NCBI GenBank assembly: GCA_045106275.1 | Contig: JBGCEK010000005.1 | Coordinates: 89-64,088 of the forward strand | DNA from: Pseudohongiellaceae bacterium | GTDB taxonomy: Bacteria > Pseudomonadota > Gammaproteobacteria > Pseudomonadales > Pseudohongiellaceae | Direction of reading: 5' to 3' | DNA: 64,000 nt | Notes under the pieces: generated by a model | The model's input: only the letters and a program-made list of their open reading frames with translations | Databases searched by the model: none | Told to the model about the DNA's origin: nothing | Shown: in pieces, positions 8,505 through 18,600 of the stretch | Layout of the letters: each line of letters begins with the position of its first letter | How positions within the stretch are numbered: position 1 is the stretch's first letter | Translations under genes and position numbers: made by a program

Positions 8505-9269
8505 ATGAACAAAGCTGAATTCAAAACCATGTGGGAAAACATGCAGACAAATGGTTATTTTTCCAACCACCCTCATTATGAAGATTACTTTGGTAAAGCA
8601 CCCACCGAGCAAGATAAAAAATTAGATGAAATCATTTTATCCTTGGATTTTAGTCAGCCCGATATCTACATACCCATCCCCTATTCGGAAGCATTAGAAC
8701 GGAGCGCAAAGAGGACAGAACCTATCTGGCTACCAAAGACGTTTGATCTACCTCAGTCTGGAGTAGCACTTGATTTGGGCTGCGGCTTTGGCCGCTCAGT
8801 CAGGTGGCTTAGCCAGCAATATCAGCGAGTGATTGGCACTGACATCTCTGCGCAAGTTATCGGCACTGCCAAGGAGCTTTGCAAAGACATTAGCAATGTT
8901 GATTTTTACGTTAATGAAGCCGATTCTCTGCCACCGGAAGTGACTCCCAACAGCATAAACATGGCTTATATATTCACCGTTTTTCAGCATATACCCCGGC
9001 AATACACGCTGGAACTTCTGAAGAAGATTCAACTGGCATTGAGTCCTGAGGGCGTGGTGGTCTTTAATTTAGTCTCCATGATTAACGAAAGTATCAACGA
9101 CGGTGCGGTAGAAACTGAGTGGGCTATTGGCTATAGCAAAGAGCAAGCGGAGGATCTGGTAAAACAAGCCGGGTTAAATCTGCAAAAAATCGTAAGTTGG
9201 TCTGGCCCGGAATCTGCAGCAAGCTGGCTATGGGTTGCCGCTAGCAAGACCCCTAACTCAACTAATTGA
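8505..9269 (+). CDS. class I SAM-dependent methyltransferase
   Basis: Motif I VALDLGCGFGR, followed by VIGTDIS and the post-I/II pattern typical of Methyltransf_11/25-type proteins. Confidence 0.8.
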   Translation: MNKAEFKTMWENMQTNGYFSNHPHYEDYFGKAPTEQDKKLDEIILSLDFSQPDIYIPIPYSEALERSAKRTEPIWLPKTFDLPQSGVALDLGCGFGRSVRWLSQQYQRVIGTDISAQVIGTAKELCKDISNVDFYVNEADSLPPEVTPNSINMAYIFTVFQHIPRQYTLELLKKIQLALSPEGVVVFNLVSMINESINDGAVETEWAIGYSKEQAEDLVKQAGLNLQKIVSWSGPESAASWLWVAASKTPNSTN

Positions 9270-9323
9270 AAATTCCCATTGTAGGTGACAGCGATGGAAC
9301 CTTACATTCGGTGAGGAAGCCTT

Positions 9324-9608
9324 TTGAATATTCCTAAAACCCAGCAACGCAGTCTTTTTAGAGTATGTGCGTTTCTATGCTTTGCATTGGTGATTCCTAG
9401 TTTTCTCGACGGAAATTATCGGTTAATTTTTGCACCCTTAGCCATTGCTTTTGGCAGCCTCAGCTACTCTTATGCAAAAGATGCACACCTGTTTCCCCTC
9501 GATGCCGCCGAAGCTGCGAAAATTGCGCTTAGTTCTGAGCAGCGTCATTTGGGTTTTTTAAGTTTAACTTGTGCGGTCATTGCCGCCGCAATTTGGTATA
9601 TTGGCTAG
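9324..9608 (+). CDS. hypothetical small membrane protein
   Basis: 94-aa ORF with a non-ATG (TTG) start and three hydrophobic segments. No family recognised, so coding status is uncertain. Confidence 0.35.
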   Translation: MNIPKTQQRSLFRVCAFLCFALVIPSFLDGNYRLIFAPLAIAFGSLSYSYAKDAHLFPLDAAEAAKIALSSEQRHLGFLSLTCAVIAAAIWYIG

Positions 9609-9673
9609 ATAAGCTTCCTAGTTAAATTCTGTTTCCTGCCGATTGATGATCCCAGCGAGAGTTCACTGATAAC

Positions 9674-10567
9674 ATGCCAAATCACACTGCCACTGTAGCG
9701 GGACCTACTTCACACAATTATTTCTCTCAGCGCCTGCGACTAAATTATGTAGACTGGGGCAACCACAGTGCTCCTCCCATGCTTTTAGTGCACGGGGGAC
9801 GAGATCATTGCCGAAATTGGGATTGGGTTGCCGAACGTTTTCGGGACGACTATCACATCATTGCACCGGATCTTCGCGGTCACGGCGACAGCGAATGGAT
9901 GGTAGGTGGCACTTACACCCAGCTAGACTATATCTATGATATTGCGCAGCTTCTCCACCAAAAAAAAATGCAGGATGTCACCATTATAGGGCACTCGCTC
10001 GGAGGCTCAATTTCTCTTCACTATACGGCTCTTCACCCACAAAATGTCAAGAAATTGGTTGCAATTGAAGGCATGGGGCCATCCCCAAAACTGGCTGCTG
10101 AAAATGCGTCCAAGCCAATTAACCAGAAAATACAAACATGGATGGATGGCATTCGAAAAGCTTCAGCACGCCTGCCTCGTCGCTACCCTTCACTCGAGGA
10201 AGCCTTTCAACGCATGCAGGACGAAAATCCCCATTTGTCTGAAACTCAAGCGCGCCATTTAACACTACATGGCAGTAATCAAAACGAAGATGGTACGTAC
10301 AGTTGGAAATTCGACAACTATGTCCGGTTTTTTGCTTTTAGCGGCATTCCGATTGAGCAACAACGAGAACTCCTGGGCGAAATTGTGTGCCCTACTTTAC
10401 TTATCCGCGGCACAGAATCCTGGGCGTCAGATCCAGTGGCCGATGGCAGAACGAAAAGCTTTAACTGCCCTGTTGAAGTGGAAGCGTTTGAAAAAGCAGG
10501 TCACTGGGTACACCATGACCAGCTGGATCATTTCGTTAACCGCGTAAAACTTTTCTTGAGCAATTAG
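9674..10567 (+). CDS. alpha/beta-fold hydrolase
   Basis: The HGG oxyanion region (LLVHGGRDH), nucleophile elbow GHSLGG and C-terminal GHWVHHD are typical of the epoxide hydrolase/haloalkane dehalogenase-like subgroup. Confidence 0.85.
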   Translation: MPNHTATVAGPTSHNYFSQRLRLNYVDWGNHSAPPMLLVHGGRDHCRNWDWVAERFRDDYHIIAPDLRGHGDSEWMVGGTYTQLDYIYDIAQLLHQKKMQDVTIIGHSLGGSISLHYTALHPQNVKKLVAIEGMGPSPKLAAENASKPINQKIQTWMDGIRKASARLPRRYPSLEEAFQRMQDENPHLSETQARHLTLHGSNQNEDGTYSWKFDNYVRFFAFSGIPIEQQRELLGEIVCPTLLIRGTESWASDPVADGRTKSFNCPVEVEAFEKAGHWVHHDQLDHFVNRVKLFLSN

Positions 10568-10569
10568 GC

Positions 10570-11130
10570 ATGCAAACCCTTTGTGTTTTTTGTGGATCAA
10601 GTTCGGGAAAAAACACCGAACATGCCCTCTTAGCCGAACGGTTAGGCAAAACAATGGCGCGTGAGAAAATCGCTCTCGTTTATGGTGGAGCCAGCGTCGG
10701 GCTCATGGGTACGGTAGCAGATGCTGCGATGGCCGAGGGTGGCCACGTTATTGGAGTAATTCCTGAGCAGCTCGTCGCTCGAGAAGTTGCACACAACTCG
10801 TTAAGCGAGCTAATCGTTGTTCAAGATATGCACGAACGAAAAGCCCGAATGGCAGATCTATCCGACGGCTTCATCGCGCTGCCTGGTGGACTAGGCACTC
10901 TAGAAGAGCTATTTGAAGTGCTTACTTGGGCTCAATTAGGCTTTCACAAAAAACCATGCGGCCTTCTAAATTCCGCAAACTACTATGATTCGCTCATTCG
11001 GTTTCTCGATGATGCCGTAAACGCTGGCTTTATAAGGCCCATCCACCGGCAAATGCTTCAAGTCGGAGACAGTGTTGACTCCCTTTTGGCGCTCTTTCAA
11101 GACTACCAACCACCTTCCTCCAGCAAGTAG
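10570..11130 (+). CDS. LOG family protein (cytokinin riboside 5'-monophosphate phosphoribohydrolase-like, TIGR00730)
   Basis: VYGGASVGLMG and PGGLGTLEE signatures. The size (186 aa) is typical. Confidence 0.9.
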   Translation: MQTLCVFCGSSSGKNTEHALLAERLGKTMAREKIALVYGGASVGLMGTVADAAMAEGGHVIGVIPEQLVAREVAHNSLSELIVVQDMHERKARMADLSDGFIALPGGLGTLEELFEVLTWAQLGFHKKPCGLLNSANYYDSLIRFLDDAVNAGFIRPIHRQMLQVGDSVDSLLALFQDYQPPSSSK

Positions 11131-11245
11131 TTACCCAGGCCCTCCCCCGAAAACCCACTTATAAAGCAGGCAATATAAAGGGCAAATGGCCTAAACTTAG
11201 CTACACTTGTGACTGACCGCTTCAAAATAGAAGAATACTAAAAAA

Positions 11246-11662
11246 ATGGAAGAGATTTACCGAGTTATTTATGTCAGTTCTGCCAGCAATCTTATGCAAG
11301 AGGAGCAGTTGATCGATATTTTGAAATCCAGTCAGCCTCGCAACGCAGCGGCGGATATTACAGGACTTCTACTCTACAAGGAGGGCAACATTATACAGGC
11401 CCTTGAAGGCCCCAAAGACAATGTTCAAAAATTGGTGAGTAAAATTAAATCTGATAACCGCCATCATGGCGTAATCGAACTTTTGCAAGAAACGAGCGGG
11501 GAACGCCACTTTCCCAATTGGAGCATGGACTATGGCAATGTATCAAAAGACACAGAGGTAGGATTTTCCGATTTCCTCCACCCAGATCAGTCGGAGCAAG
11601 AGGAAGAAATATGCGCCGGTAGCGCTAAAAAATTGATGCTTAATTTCAAAAAGTACATGTAG
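11246..11662 (+). CDS. BLUF domain blue-light FAD sensor (short stand-alone type)
   Basis: YRVIYVSSA...ILKSSQPRNAAADITGLLLYKEGNIIQALEGPKDNVQKLVSKIKSDNRHHGV matches the BLUF consensus, including the conserved Tyr, Gln and the RH motif. Confidence 0.85.
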   Translation: MEEIYRVIYVSSASNLMQEEQLIDILKSSQPRNAAADITGLLLYKEGNIIQALEGPKDNVQKLVSKIKSDNRHHGVIELLQETSGERHFPNWSMDYGNVSKDTEVGFSDFLHPDQSEQEEEICAGSAKKLMLNFKKYM

Positions 11663-11742
11663 GTTGCAAACACTGACCACTCTTTGTAGCACTTACCCTT
11701 TTTGCACTTACCCTTCCCCCCTTGTGATCTTTAGCGAAACCC

Positions 11743-12723
11743 TTAATCGTTGTGGCAGGCTTTTTTCAAGCGATCGTTCACAGCCAGCCATTCCTCAGTC
11801 TCTAAAGGCTGCTCAAACCAAATGACGTCTAACCCCAACTGATCTATTTCATTGAGCGTTCGGTAAAGAGACTGAGCAAAACGTTTGCTATCAGCAGGCA
11901 TCGCCACCACATTATGATGCGCGAGTTTGGAAACCTGCGGAAAATTAGCAGCCACTATATAAGCTTCGTTCTCGGAAGGGTTCTGCAGTTTCTCACGCAT
12001 AACATCCCTGTTCACAAGTCGCAGAGATGTTCGTGGCTGATAGTGATCTTCTACATTGCCAGACACGGAAACTGAATGATGCAGTGGAGCCGCCACAGGC
12101 CGACTTAGTACATGAGAAATCTCACTCGGTAAGATTGGACCTACTCGCAAAATTTGCGGCACCTTTCCACTTAAATCTAAAATGGTAGATTCTACTCCCA
12201 GTTGGCAATCGCCCCCCTCTAGCACCCCGTCAATTTTCCCGTCTAACTTCTCTAGCACCTGAGATGCACTGGTTGGACTTAGCTGCTTATACGGATTTGC
12301 CGAGGGTGCAGCTAATCCCAATCCGGTCTTTACTAATAGCCTGTGAAGCACCGTGTGTGAAGGCACGCGAAGCCCAATAGTGGACAATCCACCGGTGACG
12401 ACAGTTGGAACACGGTTGGCTTTTTTAAGCAATATGGTCAATGGCCCGGGCCAAAAGGCAGCGGCAAGAGCCTGGGCTTCAGGCGGAATATCCGTAGCCC
12501 AATTTTCCACTTCTTCAAAACTGGCGATGTGAACAATCAACGGGTGATCGGCGGGTCGGCCTTTAGCGGCAAAAATAGCGTTGACCGCTTCAGCGTTACT
12601 GGCATCTGCTGCCAATCCGTACACTGTCTCAGTTGGCACAGCAAGAAGCCCGCCTTCTCGCAGTATCGACTCTGCCCGTTGCAGGTCATCGGCGCTGCTG
12701 GCGTCTAGTTTTTGAGTAAGCAT
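11743..12723 (-). CDS. tsaC: L-threonylcarbamoyladenylate synthase, long Sua5/YwlC form
   Basis: YrdC domain (LLAVPTETVYGLAADA, RPADHPLIVH, WPGPLTILL, IGLRVPSH, LAAPSANP) plus a C-terminal Sua5 domain. Confidence 0.9.
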   Translation of the reverse strand: MLTQKLDASSADDLQRAESILREGGLLAVPTETVYGLAADASNAEAVNAIFAAKGRPADHPLIVHIASFEEVENWATDIPPEAQALAAAFWPGPLTILLKKANRVPTVVTGGLSTIGLRVPSHTVLHRLLVKTGLGLAAPSANPYKQLSPTSASQVLEKLDGKIDGVLEGGDCQLGVESTILDLSGKVPQILRVGPILPSEISHVLSRPVAAPLHHSVSVSGNVEDHYQPRTSLRLVNRDVMREKLQNPSENEAYIVAANFPQVSKLAHHNVVAMPADSKRFAQSLYRTLNEIDQLGLDVIWFEQPLETEEWLAVNDRLKKACHND

Positions 12724-13014
12724 TTAGAATCTTCAAAGCTGCGGATTTAGGAAGCCGCAGGCATTATAGACTCTCCAAGACGCAAGATCACAACCTATAT
12801 TGTTGGGATTTCATACTCTTAGCGTCCCGCGCTCGTTCAACATTCACCTTTATCACGATCATAGGTGCCCCCTAAGCAAACCCAGCTCATTGCGCCTCTC
12901 TTAGCCTCCAACAGCGAAATTGCGGAACTTTGCGATTGTTAGAGCTGTTACATTGCTAACAAATCCATGTAAGAATGCCGTCACAACAATAAATAAAGCA
13001 AACCCGATACTCGT

Positions 13015-13575
13015 ATGAATAAATCCCTTGTCTTGACCCTGTTGGCCGTTGTCACTCTGCTAGTTTTCCCTCTTGGATCCGCTGCTGAGTCTGACAGCAA
13101 CACCTATATTTTGCTAAACGTCACCAGCGATGGGCCGCTGATCACTCGACGTCTGGTTTTCGCTGCCCGCCGCTCAGACAATGAATATGTTGCTCAAGAT
13201 TTACAAAACTTAGGCCGTGGAGTCACCCGGTATATTCTTGATCCGGTGGAGCCAGGAAAATACTACCTCAGTAGCATCTATCCATCGCTCAACGACCGGG
13301 AAACAGGAAATAGAGTCGATGTTGATGACGAAAAAGGAGTAATAACACTAGTCAAAAATGCCATTAACTACATCGGTGACATCTACATCGAATCCGATGA
13401 AACTAGTATCAATGTCAATGAAATCGTAAATTTTAAATACGAACCCAACTCAGCAACCTTGATGGCTGCAGTCAGCGCCAACCGGCAACTCTTTGAAGAA
13501 CTAGACGTTGTTATAACTATTGCTGGAGGCAAACCGATGAAAGTGGATAAAAAGCTACTGGGTCTGGAAAACTAG
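13015..13575 (+). CDS. hypothetical secreted protein
   Basis: Signal peptide [25 protein letters not shown]. No recognisable domain. Confidence 0.5.
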   Translation: MNKSLVLTLLAVVTLLVFPLGSAAESDSNTYILLNVTSDGPLITRRLVFAARRSDNEYVAQDLQNLGRGVTRYILDPVEPGKYYLSSIYPSLNDRETGNRVDVDDEKGVITLVKNAINYIGDIYIESDETSINVNEIVNFKYEPNSATLMAAVSANRQLFEELDVVITIAGGKPMKVDKKLLGLEN

Positions 13576-13586
13576 GCCCCTGCACC

Positions 13587-14039
13587 ATGAATATCTGGGT
13601 AGATGCCGATGCCTGTCCTGTCGTGGTGAAGGAAATTTTGTTCCGAGCAGCAAGTCGCACTCACACCTTGACTACGTTGGTGGCCAATCAAGCCCTCAAG
13701 ACACCACCTTCTCCTTTTATAAAGTCCTTACAAGTAGCCTCTGGCTTTGATGTAGCTGATGATGAAATTGTACAACGGGCAGTAGCCGGTGATTTGGTCA
13801 TCACCAGTGATATACCCTTAGCCGCCGAGGTGATTGAAAAGGGAGCCCTCTCACTTTCACCCCGCGGGGAGCTATTTGATAGCAGCAACATAAAGGCGCG
13901 ACTAAATATGAGAGATTTCTTGGATACAATGCGCGCCAGCGGAGCAGATACCGGTGGTCCGCCCGCTTACACCCAAACCGACCGTAAAACGTTTGCCGAC
14001 AATTTAGATAGACTGTTGGCCAAGCAGCAAAAGGAGTGA
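13587..14039 (+). CDS. yaiI: YaiI/YqxD family protein (UPF0178/DUF188)
   Basis: N-terminus [18 protein letters not shown] and [12 protein letters not shown] match the UPF0178 signature. Confidence 0.85.
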   Translation: MNIWVDADACPVVVKEILFRAASRTHTLTTLVANQALKTPPSPFIKSLQVASGFDVADDEIVQRAVAGDLVITSDIPLAAEVIEKGALSLSPRGELFDSSNIKARLNMRDFLDTMRASGADTGGPPAYTQTDRKTFADNLDRLLAKQQKE

Positions 14040-14042
14040 ATC

Positions 14043-14438
14043 GTGAGCCTACTTAACGCTCAAATCAAATGGATAATGCTGGTTTCAGGGGTTTTTACTT
14101 GCAGCATGTTTTTAGCACTGTTTGCACCAACATCTGGTCTCGAAATGCTTTTCGGGCAGCAAGTCCTCGAGCAACCTTACACAGAAATAGTAGTGCGCAA
14201 CTGGGGCGGCCTGATAGGAATGGTCGGTGCGTTATTGATTTACGGTGCTTTTAAGACCCACTCTCGAAACTTAATCTTGGTGATAGCTGCAGGCAGCAAA
14301 AGCGTTTTTATCGCCTTGAATTTAATCTGGGGTCTGGATTATCTCTCAACCTCAATTGCAGCCATCGTTCTCGATAGCATCTGCGTCATTCTCTATGTCC
14401 TATTTCTAATTGGCCAGCGGTCCGCTCAGGGTAACTAA
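14043..14438 (+). CDS. hypothetical 4-TM membrane protein
   Basis: 131-aa ORF with a GTG start 4 nt after the yaiI stop. Four hydrophobic helices, no family recognised. Confidence 0.5.
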   Translation: MSLLNAQIKWIMLVSGVFTCSMFLALFAPTSGLEMLFGQQVLEQPYTEIVVRNWGGLIGMVGALLIYGAFKTHSRNLILVIAAGSKSVFIALNLIWGLDYLSTSIAAIVLDSICVILYVLFLIGQRSAQGN

Positions 14439-14464
14439 CTTGGCGAAAGACTTCAGGAATAGTA

Positions 14465-15100
14465 ATGCTTGACTACGGTCTAACTCACTGGCTCACCTTC
14501 TTTACCGCTTCTTTTTTGCTGACTCTCTCGCCAGGTCCAGATCTGGCATTTATCCTGGCCCAAACTGCCAGAGGAGGCAGACGCGCGGGGTTTGTTGCCA
14601 TGTACGGGGTTTGGACTGGGGCTTTTGGCCATGTTTTTCTTGCAGCAGCAGGGCTTTCAGCAATTATCGCGACCTCAACCTTAGCCTTCACCTTAGTGAA
14701 ACTAGGTGGAGCTAGCTATCTCATCTGGTTAGGTTTTCAAGCATTGAGAGCGAAATCTTCGGGGGATAAAGCAGAAAGCGAAATAGCAGCCAAAGGCAGT
14801 GTCTATTGGCAGGGAGTTTTAGTCGCCCTGCTAAACCCTAAAACCGCCATTTTCTTTTTATCATTCCTGCCCCAGTTTGTTGTTCCCAGCGCTGGACCTG
14901 CGACACTTCAGCTACTGCTCCATGGCAGCTTGGTGATCGCCACCGCGATTTTTGTCGAGCCTGCGGCCATTATAGCCAGTGCGACGCTGTCAGAAAAACT
15001 GAAAGAAAAATCGACTTTTGGCGCGTGGCTAGACAGAATTTTGGGTTCCGTCCTCATCGGAATGGGATTGCGCTTAATCCTGCAGGAGGGTTCTAGGTAA
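14465..15100 (+). CDS. LysE/RhtB family amino-acid exporter
   Basis: N-terminal LTLSPGPD motif, six TM helices, and LLNPKTAIFFLSFLPQF typical of LysE-type translocators. Confidence 0.85.
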   Translation: MLDYGLTHWLTFFTASFLLTLSPGPDLAFILAQTARGGRRAGFVAMYGVWTGAFGHVFLAAAGLSAIIATSTLAFTLVKLGGASYLIWLGFQALRAKSSGDKAESEIAAKGSVYWQGVLVALLNPKTAIFFLSFLPQFVVPSAGPATLQLLLHGSLVIATAIFVEPAAIIASATLSEKLKEKSTFGAWLDRILGSVLIGMGLRLILQEGSR

Positions 15101-15170
15101 CTGAACTCTGCTGAGCAGGCAAAGCCCCATTGCCGGTGCTAAATCACTCAATGGGTATAATTGGAATAAG

Positions 15171-15554
15171 TTAGCCGCCAACTTCGTGAAGTTCCTTTTT
15201 GCGCTGCCTGTAAAACTCTAATAGACCACCAAAGGCATAAGACAGGACAGCGGCACCTAATCCAGTAACAATGGCTTCAGCAGCCTCCGGCCCAAACATT
15301 CCATCATGAACAAAATAATCAACGAAACCGGTAATTACACCGAGGATAATAGAAATAGCTAAGCGATTCTTCGTGCGGGCGAGCACTAAAGCAACAGAGG
15401 CGAGAACACCAGCTAGGATCCCGGTTTGAGAGGCAATGATCCAATGACCAAGCCCAAGCGCCAATAAATTACCTTGCACCATGGTAACCAAACATGCAGC
15501 GGTGGACTCGCCAATATTTTCCAGCAATGGTGCAACTTTCTTTCCTTTACTCAT
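15171..15554 (-). CDS. hypothetical membrane protein
   Basis: 127-aa ORF with Gly/Ala-rich TM helices. No family recognised. Confidence 0.45.
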   Translation of the reverse strand: MSKGKKVAPLLENIGESTAACLVTMVQGNLLALGLGHWIIASQTGILAGVLASVALVLARTKNRLAISIILGVITGFVDYFVHDGMFGPEAAEAIVTGLGAAVLSYAFGGLLEFYRQRKKELHEVGG

Positions 15555-15686
15555 ACTATTCGCAGATTCCCAATATTTGTCGCGTTTAAGCAGTGCAGTG
15601 TCTCCACACCCTACTCGACCAAGGACCGCCGATACTCGCTGTCTATTTCAGCAAAACCTATTAATCGCTCAATTGGCGACAATAAC

Positions 15687-16598
15687 TTAGTCTACCGACA
15701 GCCAGTTTGCGATCAATTCCTCGCTCTTGCTCCATAGTTGGTCGGCTGCATCATCTGTAGCAAACTCAGCAATCGTGGGGTTTTGTCGATCGAAAAAGTA
15801 TTTTCCCTCCGCTTTTAGAACCCCTTCTTCCTCAGAGCTAGCCAACCAAATCAAGGTGTCAGCGCCCTTCTCTACATTCCACATAAAAGGATACATGACT
15901 ATGCCTAATAGCTTGGCAAGCAGACCACCTTTGCCCCAAATTTCCGTGCGCACTGCTCCAGGATGAAAAGAGCTGGCAATTATCCCCTTGTGGCGGTAAC
16001 GCTGATCTAAAGTCCGCGCCGTCAGAAGATTCATCAATTTAGACCTGCCATAGGCCTTTAGAGTCCCGTAGCCATTGGATAAATTCAAATCGTCAAAGTC
16101 TAATGGACTGTTCTTGTGCCCCAAGGAACTCGTAAAGATGACTCTTGCAGAGCCACCGGAATCAGATAGCAAGGCCGGAAGTAGCTTTTGAGTGAGCAGA
16201 AACCCACTGAGATGGTTTGCGGCGAGCGTAGTCTCAAAGCCATCGTCCGTGAGCACACGGTCGCTATTGGCAGAGCCTGCGTTGTTGCACAGCACGTCAA
16301 TGGACGGATAGGCAGACAGCAACGAACGAGCCACTGAAACAACATTTTCCATAGAACAAAAGTCAGCAATAAACAGTTGAAGTTGTTGATTTTTCGTTTC
16401 CTGCTTTAATTGTTCCAGTGCAATAGTGCCTCGGGTCTTATCTCGGCAAACCATGGCCAGTGTCGCTCCACGTTTGGCAAAGTTGCGACAGGCCTCAAAA
16501 CCAATCCCGCTGTTCGCGCCGGTGACAACAAATACTTTGCCTGTTAAATCTGTTAGCAAATCAGAATCCATCAATGGAATAATCCTTTTTAACTTCAA
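15687..16598 (-). CDS. SDR family oxidoreductase (retinol dehydrogenase/WW-domain oxidoreductase-like)
   Basis: TGANSGIG cofactor motif, NNAG, and catalytic YxxxK (YGRSK). Confidence 0.85.
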   Translation of the reverse strand: MKLKRIIPLMDSDLLTDLTGKVFVVTGANSGIGFEACRNFAKRGATLAMVCRDKTRGTIALEQLKQETKNQQLQLFIADFCSMENVVSVARSLLSAYPSIDVLCNNAGSANSDRVLTDDGFETTLAANHLSGFLLTQKLLPALLSDSGGSARVIFTSSLGHKNSPLDFDDLNLSNGYGTLKAYGRSKLMNLLTARTLDQRYRHKGIIASSFHPGAVRTEIWGKGGLLAKLLGIVMYPFMWNVEKGADTLIWLASSEEEGVLKAEGKYFFDRQNPTIAEFATDDAADQLWSKSEELIANWLSVD

Positions 16599-16884
16599 TC
16601 ATAAGAATGTCAGAGCCTTGGCCTAGCTCAATACGGTTGCCAGTTTACCCTTATTCAACGAGACATCCATTATTTAAATTACTTTAATTAACTACATTAA
16701 CTTACTGTTTTAAAATATTTTTTTATAAAATTTCCGAATTTCATTGCGCCCAGCAATAGCTGCTCAGATAGACATTATGCCTCAGGGGAAGACTGGCATG
16801 AATCGTCCGCTAATTCTTGTACAATATCCTCTAACAGCAGCCGCACCCAACGCCGCTCGCAAAATTAAGGGATTCAAACTAACT

Positions 16885-17427
16885 ATGAACAAACAAGCTA
16901 CCTTTACCCGTTTTGATGAATGCACCAAAGAAGACATAGACATAATTATGGAAAGCTATCAGGCATTTGCCAACGATCTCCCTAGCCGCGTTCTCAATCA
17001 CTTGCGCTTGCTTGATGGGGACTTTGGCGGCTTTAACATCGATCGTCTTCAGCATTGTTTACAAACAGCGACCCGAGCTCACAAGGATGGCCGAGATGAA
17101 GAGTACGTGGTGTGCGCATTGCTCCACGACATCGGCGACACCCTCGGTACATACAATCACGGCGCTTTAGCCGCAGCAATATTGAAACCCTTTGTTTCTG
17201 ACGCCAATCATTGGATGCTGGAAAAACACCCAGTTTTCCAAGGGTACTACTATTACCAACATATTGGGGCGGATAGAAACGCACGGGACGCGCTCAAAGA
17301 TAGTCCCCATTACGACCACACTCTCGAATTTATCGAAAAATATGATATGCCTTCGTTTGATCACGACTATGAGTCACTTCCTCTGACTTATTTCGAAGAC
17401 ATGGTTCACCGAGTATTAAGCAAATAA
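16885..17427 (+). CDS. HD-domain protein resembling the PhnZ/MIOX-type HD di-iron oxygenase group
   Basis: LQHCLQTATRAHKDGRDEEYVVCALLHDIGD resembles the PhnZ-type H...HD core as I recall it, and further His residues lie downstream (NHGALAA, HWMLEKH). The ORF opens at 16744, but the ATG at 16885 (MNKQATF) follows an AAGGGA box and removes an implausible leader. Confidence 0.65.
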   Translation: MNKQATFTRFDECTKEDIDIIMESYQAFANDLPSRVLNHLRLLDGDFGGFNIDRLQHCLQTATRAHKDGRDEEYVVCALLHDIGDTLGTYNHGALAAAILKPFVSDANHWMLEKHPVFQGYYYYQHIGADRNARDALKDSPHYDHTLEFIEKYDMPSFDHDYESLPLTYFEDMVHRVLSK

Positions 17428-17453
17428 ACCCGGCTCTTAACTAGGTACAAAAC

Positions 17454-17753
17454 ATGATTGTTGTAATAGGCAGCGTAACAATTCGAGAAGAATCCCAAGC
17501 AGAAGCGCTTCAACACAGTAAAGTTCACGTTAGCAGGTCTAGACTCGAACCGGGCTGTATTAGTCACGATGTTACAATTGATGCGGATAATCCAAATCGT
17601 TTGGTTTTTGTTGAGCGCTGGCAAACCATGGAAGACTTGGAACAGCACTTTCAAGTACCAGAATCCAGCGAATTTGTGGCCCTAATTGCGAAGCTGGCAA
17701 CCATTGCTCCTTCCATGCAACTTTACATTTCGGAAGAAGTGAAGCGCCACTAG
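17454..17753 (+). CDS. antibiotic-biosynthesis-monooxygenase (ABM) family putative quinol monooxygenase
   Basis: 99 aa, ferredoxin-like ABM pattern (IVVIGSV...EPGCISHDV...NRLVFVERWQTMEDLEQHF). Confidence 0.7.
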   Translation: MIVVIGSVTIREESQAEALQHSKVHVSRSRLEPGCISHDVTIDADNPNRLVFVERWQTMEDLEQHFQVPESSEFVALIAKLATIAPSMQLYISEEVKRH

Positions 17754-17804
17754 ATTTCGTGGTTAACTTATTGATATAAAAATCTATTTTAAGAGAATAT
17801 CCCT

Positions 17805-18377
17805 ATGATCAATCCACCAATCAGCCAATTTCCGGTACCGGATTTAGAGCAGTTACCAAGCGATATCAAAGAAAAAATCTTGGCAGTTCAAGAAAAAGCT
17901 GGATTTGTACCCAACATCTTTCTTGCCCTCGCCCACAGAGAACATGAGTTTCGCGCGTTCTTTGCCTACCATGATGCGTTGATGGAAAAAGATGAGGGGC
18001 TTTCAAAGGCCGAACGAGAGATGATTGTTGTCGCGACCTCAGGTTTGAATCAATGTTTATACTGCGTCGTCGCCCACGGGGCAATATTGAGAATTAGAGC
18101 GAAGAACCCCCTATTATCTGACCAGATAGCAACAAACTACCGCAAAGCAGCAATCACTGATCGCCAGCGAAAAATGCTCGATTACGCTGTGAAAGTTTCC
18201 CAGAATGCGGAGCTAGTCGATGAACGTGATCATGATGACCTAGAGAAGCACGGCTTTAGCACTGATGAAATCTGGGATATTGGTGCGATAGCCGCTTTGT
18301 TTGCTCTCTCAAATCGAGTGGCGAATATGGCAGCTATTCAGCCCAATACTGAATTCCACACGATGGCCAGAGAGTAA
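17805..18377 (+). CDS. peroxidase-related enzyme, carboxymuconolactone decarboxylase/AhpD-like family
   Basis: CMD core with the CxxC...H motif (LNQCLYCVVAHG). The size and the N-terminal region (PNIFLALAHRE) are typical of the TIGR01926-type subgroup. Confidence 0.8.
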   Translation: MINPPISQFPVPDLEQLPSDIKEKILAVQEKAGFVPNIFLALAHREHEFRAFFAYHDALMEKDEGLSKAEREMIVVATSGLNQCLYCVVAHGAILRIRAKNPLLSDQIATNYRKAAITDRQRKMLDYAVKVSQNAELVDERDHDDLEKHGFSTDEIWDIGAIAALFALSNRVANMAAIQPNTEFHTMARE

Positions 18378-18600
18378 AGCTTACAAAGACTAAGCAATAA
18401 TTTATATTAATTTAATCTTTTAAACTACTGATTAACATATACTAATTGAAAAGTATCCGGCTCTTTCCGCCCTTTGGCAGACAACGAATTGAACCCACTT
18501 TATGCCCCTGTTTTCGCTTCCCCTGCCTTTGCCTCCGAGTTAGTCTAAGGGCCAAGTGCTCCACTGAAGGGCACCCTAACTAACTATAAAGTGGTCCTAG

